Made by a program: the position numbers and the translations under genes | Shown: one piece after another, positions 15,841 through 25,971 of the stretch | Layout: every line of letters starts with the position of its first letter | Numbering within the stretch: the first letter of the stretch is position 1 | The notes under the pieces: model-generated | Told to the model about the DNA's origin: nothing | The model's database searches: none | Seen by the model: only the letters and a program-made list of their open reading frames with translations | Origin: Thermoanaerobaculia bacterium | GTDB taxonomy: Bacteria; Acidobacteriota; Thermoanaerobaculia; Multivoradales; Multivoraceae | Direction: 5' to 3' | DNA: 64,000 nucleotides | NCBI GenBank assembly: GCA_963664405.1 | Contig: OY761158.1 | Location: 1,248,001 to 1,312,000 of the forward strand

Positions 15841-16439
15841 TAGCTCTCGTCGGTTTCCCTAGTGCCATGTTGCGGTCCTCCAGATATCGACACGCCTGGG
15901 CCGCTTCCCTCCGATCCTGTAGGCGTTTCTTGTCGACCCGGCCAACCTCATTAGGTCGACGGCAGGCAACATATGACAAATGTCGTGCCGCCGTACAGTC
16001 GGTCGAGGCAGTTGCCATCTCGAGAGATTTCCGGTCCGCAATGGACCAACGTGCCCAAGGAGCAGCAGGGATCGGATACAGCCGTCGGAGGCCCGTCCCC
16101 TCGCCAGGGCTTCGCGTTTGTACTCGGCTAGGATGCGGAGTGCGTCACGGGGCATGAACTGCCCCGGATAGAACGCACTCTGGCCGACCGCGATCGAGGT
16201 TCTCCACAGGCGCTCCGGGAGCAGCTCGAGGCCATCCGCTGGCGTGGCTTGGTCCGCCTCTAGTACGTCGCTGGAACTCTAGGGACATCGCCGTTTTGCC
16301 CGTTGTTGACACCGCAGAAGCGGGCTCGTCAATGTACGGGCATGGAGATTCATGGCGGCCCAGGGTTCCAAGCGTCGGGGCGTGTCTGGCGCGCTTGAGG
16401 CGGGAGAGCCAGCCTACCCTTTGGGGCCACGCTTCGCGG

Positions 16440-16480
16440 GTCCCCGGCAGGGGCTGGCGGGGGGCTGTGCCCCCTCTGAT
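16440..16480. other. Possible oriT upstream of the mobilisation genes
   Basis: GGGGGGCTGTGCCCCCT hairpin resembling the ColE1-type oriT context, directly before mobC. Confidence 0.35.
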
Positions 16481-16500
16481 CCCCCCAACGGCAACAGCAC

Positions 16501-16749
16501 ATGAGGGGCGCTGGACGCGACGTGTGGGTGAAGATCCGCGCCCGCGAGGCGGAGCGTGCCGAGTGGCACGCGAAGGCGAGCTCCGCAGGGTTCACGCTGT
16601 CGGATCTCGTGCGCCGGTCGGTGGGCCGGGCGCGCACCTGGACCGTGGCGCACGCCGAGGCCGTCGAGATCGTCGCCCACCTGGTCGCCATCGAGCGGGC
16701 GCTCGCGGCGTTGGCCCCCGTCGGCCGCCCCGACCCCGATGCACATTAA
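16501..16749 (+). pseudogene. mobC: MobC/MbeC-like relaxosome protein, short and probably internally deleted
   Basis: RDVWVKIR..WHAKA..TLSDLVR ribbon-helix-helix; overlaps the relaxase start. Confidence 0.6.
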
Positions 16750-17050
16750 GTTCCTGGCCCGCGGAACGGGCTCGGCCCCGGCGGCAGCCGACTACCTGCT
16801 CGGGGCGCGGGATGCGACCGGGCAGCCGCGCGAGGGCGTGGAGGTCCTCCGGGGGGATCCCCATCAGGTCGCCGTGGTGGCCGACGCGCTGGCGTTCGAG
16901 CACAAGTACACGTCGGGCGTGATTGCCTGGGCACCGGACGACACTCCGACCGACGCGCAGATCGGCGCGGTCATCGATGCCTTTGAACAGACGGCCTGGG
17001 CGGGGCTCGAGCCCGACCGCTACGCCTGGGCGGCCGTGGTGCATCGGCAG
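16739..17050 (+). pseudogene. MbeA-like relaxase, 3' truncated
   Basis: MHIKFLARGTGS..ADYLLG..EVLRGDP..KYTSG..WAAVVH. Confidence 0.75.
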
Positions 17051-17267
17051 CACTCCAGCGCCGATACGCAGAAACCGTTGAGGCAGCGCGTGCGGTTGCG
17101 CGCGTTCGTGAGTCCAGCGCGAGAACTGCTGCGGCTCTGATGGCGTCTCTCATGTCCGAGTTGCTTGGAAGTGACGTATCGGATCGTGGGACCTGCGGCC
17201 CTTCGCTGTTAGGATGCGAGCGGGACGTTGGGAACCGCACGAACGCAGGGACGAGACCTGACATCAC

Positions 17268-18185
17268 TTGCTATCGGAAATGCTAGAATTCCTGGACGTA
17301 AGGCCGACAATTGTCGCATTGTCCAGCATTGTCGTCGCTCTGCTTGCAGTGGGTGCAGCAGCGGCGTCGGCTTGGTTCGCCAGGATGCAGTTTAGAGGCA
17401 GCTTGGTAGTCTTTTGGCGACCACGAGAGGCCGGCTTTACTACAATCGATGTAGTAGCACGCAATGTTGGAGGCGGATCAGTACGCAGTGTGGAGGTTAC
17501 GAGTGATCAACCTGACTTCCAGAGACTTGAGTTCGCAGAATTGCCGGTCGCAACTGAGTACTGCATCGATACAATGAGTGGAAAATCAAGTCCACAAGAG
17601 TACTACACGAGACACGGATGGGGGCGACGCCTGCGATGGAGGCCACGAAGATGGCGAATCGATCCGGCGAAGTTCGCTGGAGTCCAGACGCGCGGCGTGA
17701 CAGCACTGCGAAAGATCTCAGATACATTGGAGAGTGTGGAGAGAAAGGTAAGGGATTCGCCTGTTCTACGGAACGCCGGCAATACGATAGGGATCTCACG
17801 TTCAAACGAAGAGACGTGGGTGCTTCCATCTGGGGTAATCGCTGTACTTCTTCCGGATGACTCGGAGACTCTCCGGACACATATCCAAGACGAGACGGTG
17901 TTGGAAAGCGGCTGGAGACAGAACAGACACAGCGGAACTTCCATAGGCACGCACGCGCCAAAAGACGTCATGCGAGTAGTTGTTGATCCAGAACGGCTGT
18001 CGCCCGAAGAAGAGAAGAAGCTGGCATCGTACCTGGACTATGGAGAGATCACCCTTCACTATAGCCGCCAGCAGGCGCGCTACCGGATTCTGACAGTCAT
18101 TAACCCACAACGAGGTGCACGAATAATCGAGCGCCACGTGGTGTACGAGCAACCCGCTGCAAGCGAAGAGGACAACAGCGAGTAG
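17268..18185 (+). CDS. Hypothetical protein with an N-terminal TM helix
   Basis: 305-aa ORF, lower GC than its flanks. Confidence 0.6.
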   Translation: MLSEMLEFLDVRPTIVALSSIVVALLAVGAAAASAWFARMQFRGSLVVFWRPREAGFTTIDVVARNVGGGSVRSVEVTSDQPDFQRLEFAELPVATEYCIDTMSGKSSPQEYYTRHGWGRRLRWRPRRWRIDPAKFAGVQTRGVTALRKISDTLESVERKVRDSPVLRNAGNTIGISRSNEETWVLPSGVIAVLLPDDSETLRTHIQDETVLESGWRQNRHSGTSIGTHAPKDVMRVVVDPERLSPEEEKKLASYLDYGEITLHYSRQQARYRILTVINPQRGARIIERHVVYEQPAASEEDNSE

Positions 18186-18349
18186 CAGCGTGAGCACGGG
18201 CGCAGGAAGCAGGGCCGAACCGCGACCGCGACCCGTCCCCGGCCATCTACGGACGGTGCTTGTGGTACGACCGAATGCAAGTCAAAACGGGGGATACAAC
18301 GGGGGAAACGGCCGCTCTGAAACGACGTAAAGCGCGTATTTTCAATATG

Positions 18350-19422
18350 TTATAGGTTTTTGGTCTCAGAAGCCCTGGAAGCTATCTCCCGCAACACGTC
18401 GATCTCCAACGCGCGAAGCTCGCGGTAGGCGATGATGAGGAAGTTGCCGCAGCCGCACGCCGGATCGAAGAGCCGCAGCGTGCCGAGCTTGTCCCGGAAC
18501 TTCCGAAGGTCGGCCATGCTGCGGCCGTCCCGGCGGGCCTGCAACCGCCGGAACTCGGCCCGCAGGTCGTCGAGGAACAGCGGCTCGATCACCTTCAGGA
18601 TGTTCTTCTCCGTCGTGTAGTGCGCCCCTTGGGCGCGCCGGTCGGCCGGCTCCATGACCGACTGGAACAGCGCGCCGAAGATGGCCGGCGAGATCGCCGT
18701 CCAGTCGAATCGGCCCGCGTCGAGCAGGGCCTGACGCATCGAGGCGTCGAAATCCGGGATGCGAAGCGTTTCGGCGAATAACTCGCCATTGACGTGTGGA
18801 AAGCGGGCCAGATCGTTGTCGAGCGCCCGCGACCGCCGATCCGGCGGCGTGTTCAGCGCCTGGAACAGCCGCGCCATCCACGGGCCGAGGTCGGCGCCAT
18901 CGGCGGCCGTGCGTTCCTCGATGAACTGGAGGAAGATGTCGCGCGGCTCGAAGATGCCGGTGTCGTCAGCGAACAGGCAGAACACGGTCCGTACCAGGAA
19001 CAACTCCAGGTCGTGACCATCGTAGCCGGACGCCTTCAGCGCAGCGTGCAGATGCGCGATCAACTCGGACGCCTCGATGTTGACCGGGTCCTGGTCGCGG
19101 AACGTGCGGCGCTGCACGCCGATGATGAACCCGAACTTCTCGACGTGCTGCGGCAGGTCGGCGAGCACGAAGCGTGTTTCTTCGCGTTCGTCGCGATCGA
19201 GCAGCTCGAACGACCGGAAGTCGCAGAGTAGCTGGTAGCGGGGGCGGTCGCGTTCAGGCAGTGCGTCGAAATACGAACCGGCCTGCTGACTCGCGGCGAC
19301 CAAGTCGCGCCCGGCGCTCTTCTGCTCGACCAGCAGGACGCCGGGCCAGAAGAGGTCGATGAAGCCGGACGTATCGTCTAGCCGCCGAACGTGCTCCTCG
19401 TAGCGGGCTACCGTGCGCCGCC
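18350..19422 (-). pseudogene. MmeI-like type IIG/IIL restriction-methyltransferase fragment, both ends lost
   Basis: GFIDLFWPG, LFADDTGIF, ISPAIFGALFQ, GAHYT, DPACGCGNFL. Confidence 0.85.
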
Positions 19423-19425
19423 GGG

Positions 19426-19923
19426 TCAGTTTGGGCGGTCGGGTCTGGAATCATCGCCCCTCAGATACCTCGCCCCCAAATCCTCCTCCTCGTCGACGGG
19501 CTCGGAGATATCTAGCGCTTGTGCGTCTTTTGGTGATAAGCCAAGATCGGCCTGAAACGAACGCATCAATTTATACTCCATGTTTAGAGGCTGTAGTAGA
19601 TGATGCTTTGCCATATTAACTTGCCCCGAGGAGCCCTGGCGCAGCATCTCAGGGCCGTCTCTTTTTAGTATAGCTTCCATCTCCCGGCAACGGGCCCAGG
19701 CTGCGCACCAGCCAGCCATAGCGCCGAGGTATTTAGCCCGGTGTGTGCCATCCTCCGCCATGCGGAAACACAGCCAGCGCCATATCCTCTTTGCCTGGTT
19801 CGACAGTTCAGTAGGTGGCTTCGGGTGCACGGTGTCCGCCGGGGGGCGCTGAATAACCCGAGACGCCCGAGCCGTCCCTAGTAGCTCCTTCTGATGTTGC
19901 GTTTTGCGTCGGTTATTCGGCAC
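19426..19923 (-). CDS. Phage terminase small subunit (P27-like), copy 1, followed by a terL stub
   Basis: PKPP.ELS..AK.IW, ..DLGLSP; paralog of 38081..38569. Confidence 0.8.
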   Translation of the reverse strand: MPNNRRKTQHQKELLGTARASRVIQRPPADTVHPKPPTELSNQAKRIWRWLCFRMAEDGTHRAKYLGAMAGWCAAWARCREMEAILKRDGPEMLRQGSSGQVNMAKHHLLQPLNMEYKLMRSFQADLGLSPKDAQALDISEPVDEEEDLGARYLRGDDSRPDRPN

Positions 19924-19980
19924 GGGGCCAGCCTAGATTAGGAAATTTCATTGTGGCACGATATACAGAACACGGGCGCG

Positions 19981-20123
19981 CGCTGGAGGGGCGTCAGCCA
20001 GGCGATGTCGTAGGTGCCCTCCAGATCCGGCTTGCCGTCGGGCCTGCGTGGAATGTCCCCTTCGGCAGCCAAGCTCGGCAGCGAGATCGCGCCGAGAAGA
20101 AAGCACAGGACCGTGTGTTTCAT
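19981..20123 (-). pseudogene. 5' fragment of a secreted protein, paralog of 61775..62827
   Basis: Signal peptide, then IPRRPDGKPDLEGTYDIAWLTPLQR, then an abrupt fusion to the terS upstream region. Confidence 0.75.
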
Positions 20124-20185
20124 GTCATTTTCGTCAATCCTTCTTCGCCATTGATTTCGACGCGAATGCGACCCTCCCTGCGCTC

Positions 20186-20971
20186 TCACAAATCCAGCTC
20201 TAAGCCTCCCGGCTCTTCCAGCTTGCGGACTTCCCACAGAAGCTCCGGCGGAAACACCTCCTCGTAGATGCGCTTCATCGTGACCTCGTAGTCCCACTCT
20301 GTCGACAAGGGGCGCCAAGCCAGCGCGTCGAGCTGGGCGCGGACGATTCGCCGCATCGAGGCGATCGAGTCGCTAACGTCGACGAGGCCGATATCACGCA
20401 TCGCGAGCATGAAGCCACTCACCCCCATGGTCCCGGTGACCGCATTACTTAGCAAGGAAGAGACTTCTCGTCGAGACAGTCCCGATGGCAGCACCAGGTC
20501 CCCACTCTCGAATGCCTCCACCAACACCGCCGACCTGACGCGAAGATAGTCCTTCCTTATCTCGGCCGTCCGCTGCGTCTCCTGCGACGAGGCACGATCG
20601 ACGATGTTTGCTGTGAGGGCGATGCTCCCTAAGCTAAAGGGGTGAGGGATAATGGCGTTGATCTCGGTGATAGCGACGAAGCGCTCGCGGGGCCGAGCGT
20701 CGAAGGCCTCCACCCGTCTTATCAAGAGGCAGCGCAGTTGAAGAAGCTGGGAGTAAAGCGCTAGCAGCACATCTTCCTTGGTGGGGAAGTACTTGTAGAC
20801 CGTGGGTCGCGAGTATCCCGCCACCTTGGCGAGTCGCAGCATGGAGAGGGCGACGATCCCCTCCTCCCCCAAGATCTGTCGCGCCGCAGAGAGGATCTCC
20901 GCTCTGCGCCGACCGCCTTCCCTCTCTCGACGAGCGACAGTCTTCTTCTCGAGATCGATCTCTGTCGTCAT
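20186..20971 (-). CDS. TetR/AcrR family regulator
   Basis: LAKVAGYSRPTVYKYFPTKEDVL. Confidence 0.92.
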   Translation of the reverse strand: MTTEIDLEKKTVARREREGGRRRAEILSAARQILGEEGIVALSMLRLAKVAGYSRPTVYKYFPTKEDVLLALYSQLLQLRCLLIRRVEAFDARPRERFVAITEINAIIPHPFSLGSIALTANIVDRASSQETQRTAEIRKDYLRVRSAVLVEAFESGDLVLPSGLSRREVSSLLSNAVTGTMGVSGFMLAMRDIGLVDVSDSIASMRRIVRAQLDALAWRPLSTEWDYEVTMKRIYEEVFPPELLWEVRKLEEPGGLELDL

Positions 20972-21195
20972 AGGGCGCTCCCCGCGTTGGCTCTACGGCA
21001 CGCTGCGAATGCCGATCGGTGTCGAGCGCAGCGAAGAACTCAGAGTACCTCTCGGCTGACACCTTGACTCCAACACTGTGTAAGAATACAGTCTCATCTG
21101 TACCGCATCAAGCATGCGTGGAAGAACGAGGTCCGAACCGTATCCGCTCCTAGGCGGCTTTACGTAGATTTCTCAGTAGCGAGCAAAGAACAATT

Positions 21196-23970
21196 ATGGA
21201 GAATCACAGAGTGAACACCACCACTCTCAAGGCCTTAGTCTCGATCCTCATCATGCTCGCATTCGCTCAGCTGCCGCTGTGGGCTGACGGTCCGCAGACA
21301 GGGGTGATCGAAGGCCGTGTGCTCGACGCGCAGGGCGGGGCCCTGCCCGGTGCCACGGTGACCCTGGCCGGTCCGCAGGGCGAGAAAACCGCGATCACCG
21401 ATGACGCGGGTAAGTATCGTTTCTCGCTATTGCTGGATGGCGGCTACACCGTCACCGCCGAGCTGGAGGGGCTGGGTAAGGCCGAGGCTTCGACGTCCCT
21501 CAATGTCGGCGATCGCCGTAGCATCAACCTCACCCTGGCGGCGGGCACCGCGGAGACCATCACCGTCACCTCCGAGGCCCCCCTGGTCAACAAGTACGAG
21601 ACAGCGTCGACGGCGACACTCGATGCGGAGGTCGCGGAAGCGCTATCGTTCAGCAGTCGCAACTACATGGACAACATAGGCCTTCTGCCTGGCGCAGTGG
21701 TCTCCGACCGACTGGCGACCCAAAATGGTTTTTCCGGCGGTCGCACCGGCGATTCCCTTACCTTCATGGAGGGCGTCGATGTCAGCCAAACCAGGCGCGG
21801 CGGTGAGTTTCGCATCAAGATACCGACTACGGCGGTCGCCCAGACCACCCTGCAGACCGCCGGACTGGGAGCGGAGTACGGCCGGGCCTCCAATGGCCAG
21901 GCCAACACGGTGATCAAGACCGGCACCAACAACTTCCACGGCGAGGCCCTCTATATTGCGCAGAACCCCTCGTGGCGCGAGGACTGGCATACCGCTCCTT
22001 TTAGTGAGATCGCGAAGCCAGACGAGATCGTCAACAGCTTCGAGGTCTCCCTCGGTGGCCCGATCTATCGCGATCGTGCGTGGTTCTTCGCCTCCAAGGC
22101 CAACACTTCCGAGAACAGATACAACTCGACGCAGGACGGCGTGGTATTCGACGTGAGCAACTACGCCGATCCGCTCCTCGCCAAGCTCAACGGTCAACCT
22201 GGCGACAGTCATCAGCTCTCCTTTACCGTCATCAAGGCGCCGAACGAAGATGTCGCCGACGTCGGCAACCCGGGGGACCTGTTCGCCTTTAACGATACCC
22301 GCCGCGACAACGACGTGGTTACGCTGTCGTGGGACTACGCCGTAACCCCCTCCATCTTTCTGGAGTTCAAGGCTGCCGAGATCGAGGATACGCTGCGCAG
22401 AGGGTCGTTGATTACCCGCGAGATCGACCCCAATGCCCCTCCAGACTCCCCCAAGCGAACCGGATTTCGCTATCACGACCTGGCCAGCGGCTTCAAGTAC
22501 AACTTCAACGCACACGGAAACGGTAACGGTTTCGTAAGCGATCCCCGCGAGCAGCTCAATGCCGCGGCAACGATCTTCAGGGGCAACCACGAGCTCAGGG
22601 TCGGCGCCGACCGCCATGACCTGGGTGCTACCGTCACCGTAATTGTCGGCACCGAGTACGCCGGACGGGGCTACGACGAAAACTCGCCCACCGGCTTCGC
22701 GACTCCGGTAAGGAAACGGGTCTTCGAGCAGGCGACGGGGGAGCCCGAGGTCACCAGCGATCTCTCGACCTTCTACGTCCAGGATCGCATCGACATCGGA
22801 GACAAATGGGTCGTCACCGCTGGACTCCGTCTCGAGGACCAGGAGCTCTACGACAACCTCGGTGTACTGGTCAACGACTACAGTGAGCTGGCGCCTCGCT
22901 TGACTGCCGTTTACGACATGAGGGGCGCCGGCGAGCTCCTGCTCCGCGGCACCGCCGGGCGCTACTACAACCTTTTCCTCCTGCAACTCCCGCTGGGGCA
23001 GTTCTTTCAAGGTGCAACCGGTCGCAACATCTACGACCAGTTCCTCTACAACCCCGTGAGCGGGGCCTACGACACCTTCCAGCGGACGGTCAACACGTCG
23101 GTCGACAGGGAAGCGGGGGCAAGCCTCACCCCCGAATTCCAGGACGCCTTCTCGGTCGGGGTCGATTGGCAGCTCAGCAACCTCTGGGTCGCCAAGGCAC
23201 GCGTCGAATACAGGGAGAACAAGGACGTGTGGACGGTGTCGACGCAGTGGGACGACGCCGGTGAGCCCATCTTCGACCTTCGCACCTGGGACTCGGGAGG
23301 AGCACAGCAGATCGCCGACCGCTGGGGCGTTCCCTCTCCCGGCCGCATGTTCCGCGAGCACAAGGGGCTGGTGCTGGAGCTCAACCGTCGCATGCGCGAC
23401 AACTGGACCGTGCGCGCCAACATCGCTTTCAACGACACCAAGGGCAATGTCGATAATCGGACCAACCGCGACGTCACCTTCGATGGTCTCGGCGGCCTCG
23501 AAGTGGGCACCTTGGTCTCCGACCTCACCAGCCGGTTCAGGGACGGCCGAGTCGCTCTCGCTTCCAATCGCGCGATCGTCTTCAACCTCGTCGGCATCAA
23601 GCGATGGCAGATCGGCAACCACAGCCTGAATACGGGCGCCTACTTGAGCTATCGCGAGGGCCAACCCTGGGGGCTTCAGGCGAACGCCAACATGTTCAAT
23701 CCGGAATCGCTCGAGACGCTGCGGGTACGTACCCTCTTGGAGTCCGCCGATACCAACCAGCTTCCGGACCCGACCGTTCTCAATCTCAATGCGAGTTGGG
23801 TCTTCCCGATCAAGGGATCTTTCGAAGGTCAGCTGGGTGTGGAAGTCTGGAACGCCACCAACGAGGACGCCCAGACCAATGTGAATGCTTTAAACGGCAA
23901 CCCGAGGAGCGCCATCACCTCGTACGTGATTCCGCGCGAGTACCGGGTGAACGTAGGGATTCGCTTCTGA
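21196..23970 (+). CDS. TonB-dependent receptor with a carboxypeptidase-regulatory-like N-terminal domain
   Basis: GRVLDAQGGALPGATV, AEYGRA, KTGTNNFHG, C-terminal Phe. Confidence 0.92.
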   Translation: MENHRVNTTTLKALVSILIMLAFAQLPLWADGPQTGVIEGRVLDAQGGALPGATVTLAGPQGEKTAITDDAGKYRFSLLLDGGYTVTAELEGLGKAEASTSLNVGDRRSINLTLAAGTAETITVTSEAPLVNKYETASTATLDAEVAEALSFSSRNYMDNIGLLPGAVVSDRLATQNGFSGGRTGDSLTFMEGVDVSQTRRGGEFRIKIPTTAVAQTTLQTAGLGAEYGRASNGQANTVIKTGTNNFHGEALYIAQNPSWREDWHTAPFSEIAKPDEIVNSFEVSLGGPIYRDRAWFFASKANTSENRYNSTQDGVVFDVSNYADPLLAKLNGQPGDSHQLSFTVIKAPNEDVADVGNPGDLFAFNDTRRDNDVVTLSWDYAVTPSIFLEFKAAEIEDTLRRGSLITREIDPNAPPDSPKRTGFRYHDLASGFKYNFNAHGNGNGFVSDPREQLNAAATIFRGNHELRVGADRHDLGATVTVIVGTEYAGRGYDENSPTGFATPVRKRVFEQATGEPEVTSDLSTFYVQDRIDIGDKWVVTAGLRLEDQELYDNLGVLVNDYSELAPRLTAVYDMRGAGELLLRGTAGRYYNLFLLQLPLGQFFQGATGRNIYDQFLYNPVSGAYDTFQRTVNTSVDREAGASLTPEFQDAFSVGVDWQLSNLWVAKARVEYRENKDVWTVSTQWDDAGEPIFDLRTWDSGGAQQIADRWGVPSPGRMFREHKGLVLELNRRMRDNWTVRANIAFNDTKGNVDNRTNRDVTFDGLGGLEVGTLVSDLTSRFRDGRVALASNRAIVFNLVGIKRWQIGNHSLNTGAYLSYREGQPWGLQANANMFNPESLETLRVRTLLESADTNQLPDPTVLNLNASWVFPIKGSFEGQLGVEVWNATNEDAQTNVNALNGNPRSAITSYVIPREYRVNVGIRF

Positions 23971-24074
23971 CCTGGGTTGCAGTGACCAGCCGGTGACGGA
24001 CGCCCGCGAGGGCTCCTCGCTATTCGTGGCGGACCCTCAGCTCTCAGTAGGGAATCCGTAGGGGGCTTCTCTCG

Positions 24075-25967
24075 ATTCTACGAACGCTGTCGGTCTGCAT
24101 TGCGGCACTCTGTGCCCCCATCTCGGTCGGTGCGCAGGAGCCCTACTCGAGCGTAGTCCGGCGCAATACCCCGACTCGCGTCTACTGGGGCGACACCCAT
24201 GTGCATACGGCACTGTCGGCAGACGCGATGAACGGGGGCACGCGTCTGGAGCCAGAGCAGGCCTACCGCTTCGCGCGTGGCGAGCAAGTCACCACCACGA
24301 CTGGCCAACCGGTCAAGCTGCTGCGTCCGCTGGACTTCATCGTCGTCGCCGACCACGCCAACAACATCGGCGCCGGCTTGGCGCGCCACAAGTTCGTGGT
24401 GGACCCGGCGTTTCGGCGTACCGAGATCGGGCGGGCCTGGCAGCGCGCCCTTCGCGATCTACGACGCCGTAGCGACATCGATCAGCAGGAGCTCGAGAGC
24501 GGCCCACTGCTGACCGGGCACCGCCCGGGGAGGGTCTCGGTTCGGGACCAGCGATTCCGTCAGACTGTCTGGCGCAAGATCACCAGCAACGCCGACCGCT
24601 ACAACGAACCCGGTGTATTCACCGCCTTCATCGGTTACGAGTGGACACCGAGCGTGGCGTTGACCGGGGGCCCTCATCGCATCGTGATCTTCAAGGACGG
24701 TGCGTCGATGGTGAACCGCGTGCTGCCCTTTACCTCTTATGATAGTTCCAAGGAGGAAGAGCTCTGGGCCTTCCTGGCGGAGTACGAGCGCAAGGTTGGC
24801 GGGGCAGTTCTCGCCATCCCGCACAACAGCAACCTCACCGGCGGTGAAATGTTCCGTTTACAGGACTCCTGGGGCCAGCCGCTCACAGCGGAGTACGGGC
24901 GACAGCGTTCGCTGTGGGAGCCGCTCCTCGAAGTTACCCAGATCAAGGGGGACAGCGAGACCCACCCCTACCTCTCAGCCACCGACGAGTTTGCCGACTT
25001 CGAGACCTGGAATGGCTGGGGCGGAAGGCGCGGGTGCCGTCCGAGCCTGGACTGTTTGCCTGGCGGCCCCGCTACACGGTCGAACGAGCTGATTCAGTAC
25101 GAGTACGCTCGCTCGGCGCTCAAGCTCGGCCTGGCGCAGCAGGCTCAAAATGGAGTCAATCCCTTCAAGTACGGCATGATCGGCAGCTCCGACTCGCATA
25201 CCGCGCTGGCTTCCGTCGACGAAGACAACTTCTTCGGCAAGGTGACCAGCAGCGAACCGAGTGTGACGCGATTCTCGAACCAGTCTCCCACTAGCAACTG
25301 GGAGATGAGCGCGGCCGGCTACGCGGCGGTGTGGGCGACCGAGAACACGCGAGAGGCGCTCTTCGATGCGATGCGGCGAAGAGAAGTCTACGCCTCGACG
25401 GGTCCGCGCATGACGGTGCGCTTCTTCGGCGGTTGGGGCTTCGTGCCCGAAGACGCCCACCGCTCAAACCTCGCGCGCGTCGGTTACGAGAAGGGGGTGC
25501 CCATGGGTGCCGATCTCGCGCATGGTCCGTCGGGCCGATCGCCTACCTTCTTGATCCGTGCAGTGAAAGATCCCGACGGCGCGAACCTCGACCGAGCCCA
25601 GGTGATCAAGGGCTGGCGTGACCGAAGCGGCGAGCTCTACGAAAGGGTCTACGACGTTGCCCTGTCAGACGGGCGCAGCGTGGGTCGTGGGGGCAAGGTG
25701 GAGCCCGTCGGCAACACCGTCGATCTGACTAACGTCACCTATCTGAACAGCATCGGAGATCCGGAGCTGGCCGTGGTCTGGCAGGATCCCGACTTCGACC
25801 CCGACGAGCACGCGTTCTACTACCTACGCGTCCTCGAGATTCCCACCCCGCGCTGGACGGCGTACGACGTCAAGCGCTTCGGCCTGGAAGATGTGCCCGA
25901 GGAGGTGACGATGATCACCCAGGAGCGGGCCTACAGCTCTCCGATCTGGTACACCGCAGAGGAGTAG
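24075..25967 (+). CDS. DUF3604 (PHP-like) secreted protein; start uncertain
   Basis: YWGDTHVHT, VADH, IPHNSN, QIKGDSETHP, QERAYSSPIWY. Confidence 0.85.
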   Translation: MLRTLSVCIAALCAPISVGAQEPYSSVVRRNTPTRVYWGDTHVHTALSADAMNGGTRLEPEQAYRFARGEQVTTTTGQPVKLLRPLDFIVVADHANNIGAGLARHKFVVDPAFRRTEIGRAWQRALRDLRRRSDIDQQELESGPLLTGHRPGRVSVRDQRFRQTVWRKITSNADRYNEPGVFTAFIGYEWTPSVALTGGPHRIVIFKDGASMVNRVLPFTSYDSSKEEELWAFLAEYERKVGGAVLAIPHNSNLTGGEMFRLQDSWGQPLTAEYGRQRSLWEPLLEVTQIKGDSETHPYLSATDEFADFETWNGWGGRRGCRPSLDCLPGGPATRSNELIQYEYARSALKLGLAQQAQNGVNPFKYGMIGSSDSHTALASVDEDNFFGKVTSSEPSVTRFSNQSPTSNWEMSAAGYAAVWATENTREALFDAMRRREVYASTGPRMTVRFFGGWGFVPEDAHRSNLARVGYEKGVPMGADLAHGPSGRSPTFLIRAVKDPDGANLDRAQVIKGWRDRSGELYERVYDVALSDGRSVGRGGKVEPVGNTVDLTNVTYLNSIGDPELAVVWQDPDFDPDEHAFYYLRVLEIPTPRWTAYDVKRFGLEDVPEEVTMITQERAYSSPIWYTAEE

Positions 25968-25971
25968 CCAC

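Noticed and set aside
19938-19980. HNH or cytochrome motif CISCH
   Set aside because: Chance translation of the terS upstream DNA; the paralogous region has a stop in that frame
21643-23664. Long antisense ORFs (also 9006..10238, 58731..60164 and others)
   Set aside because: GC-rich shadows of well-supported genes on the opposite strand
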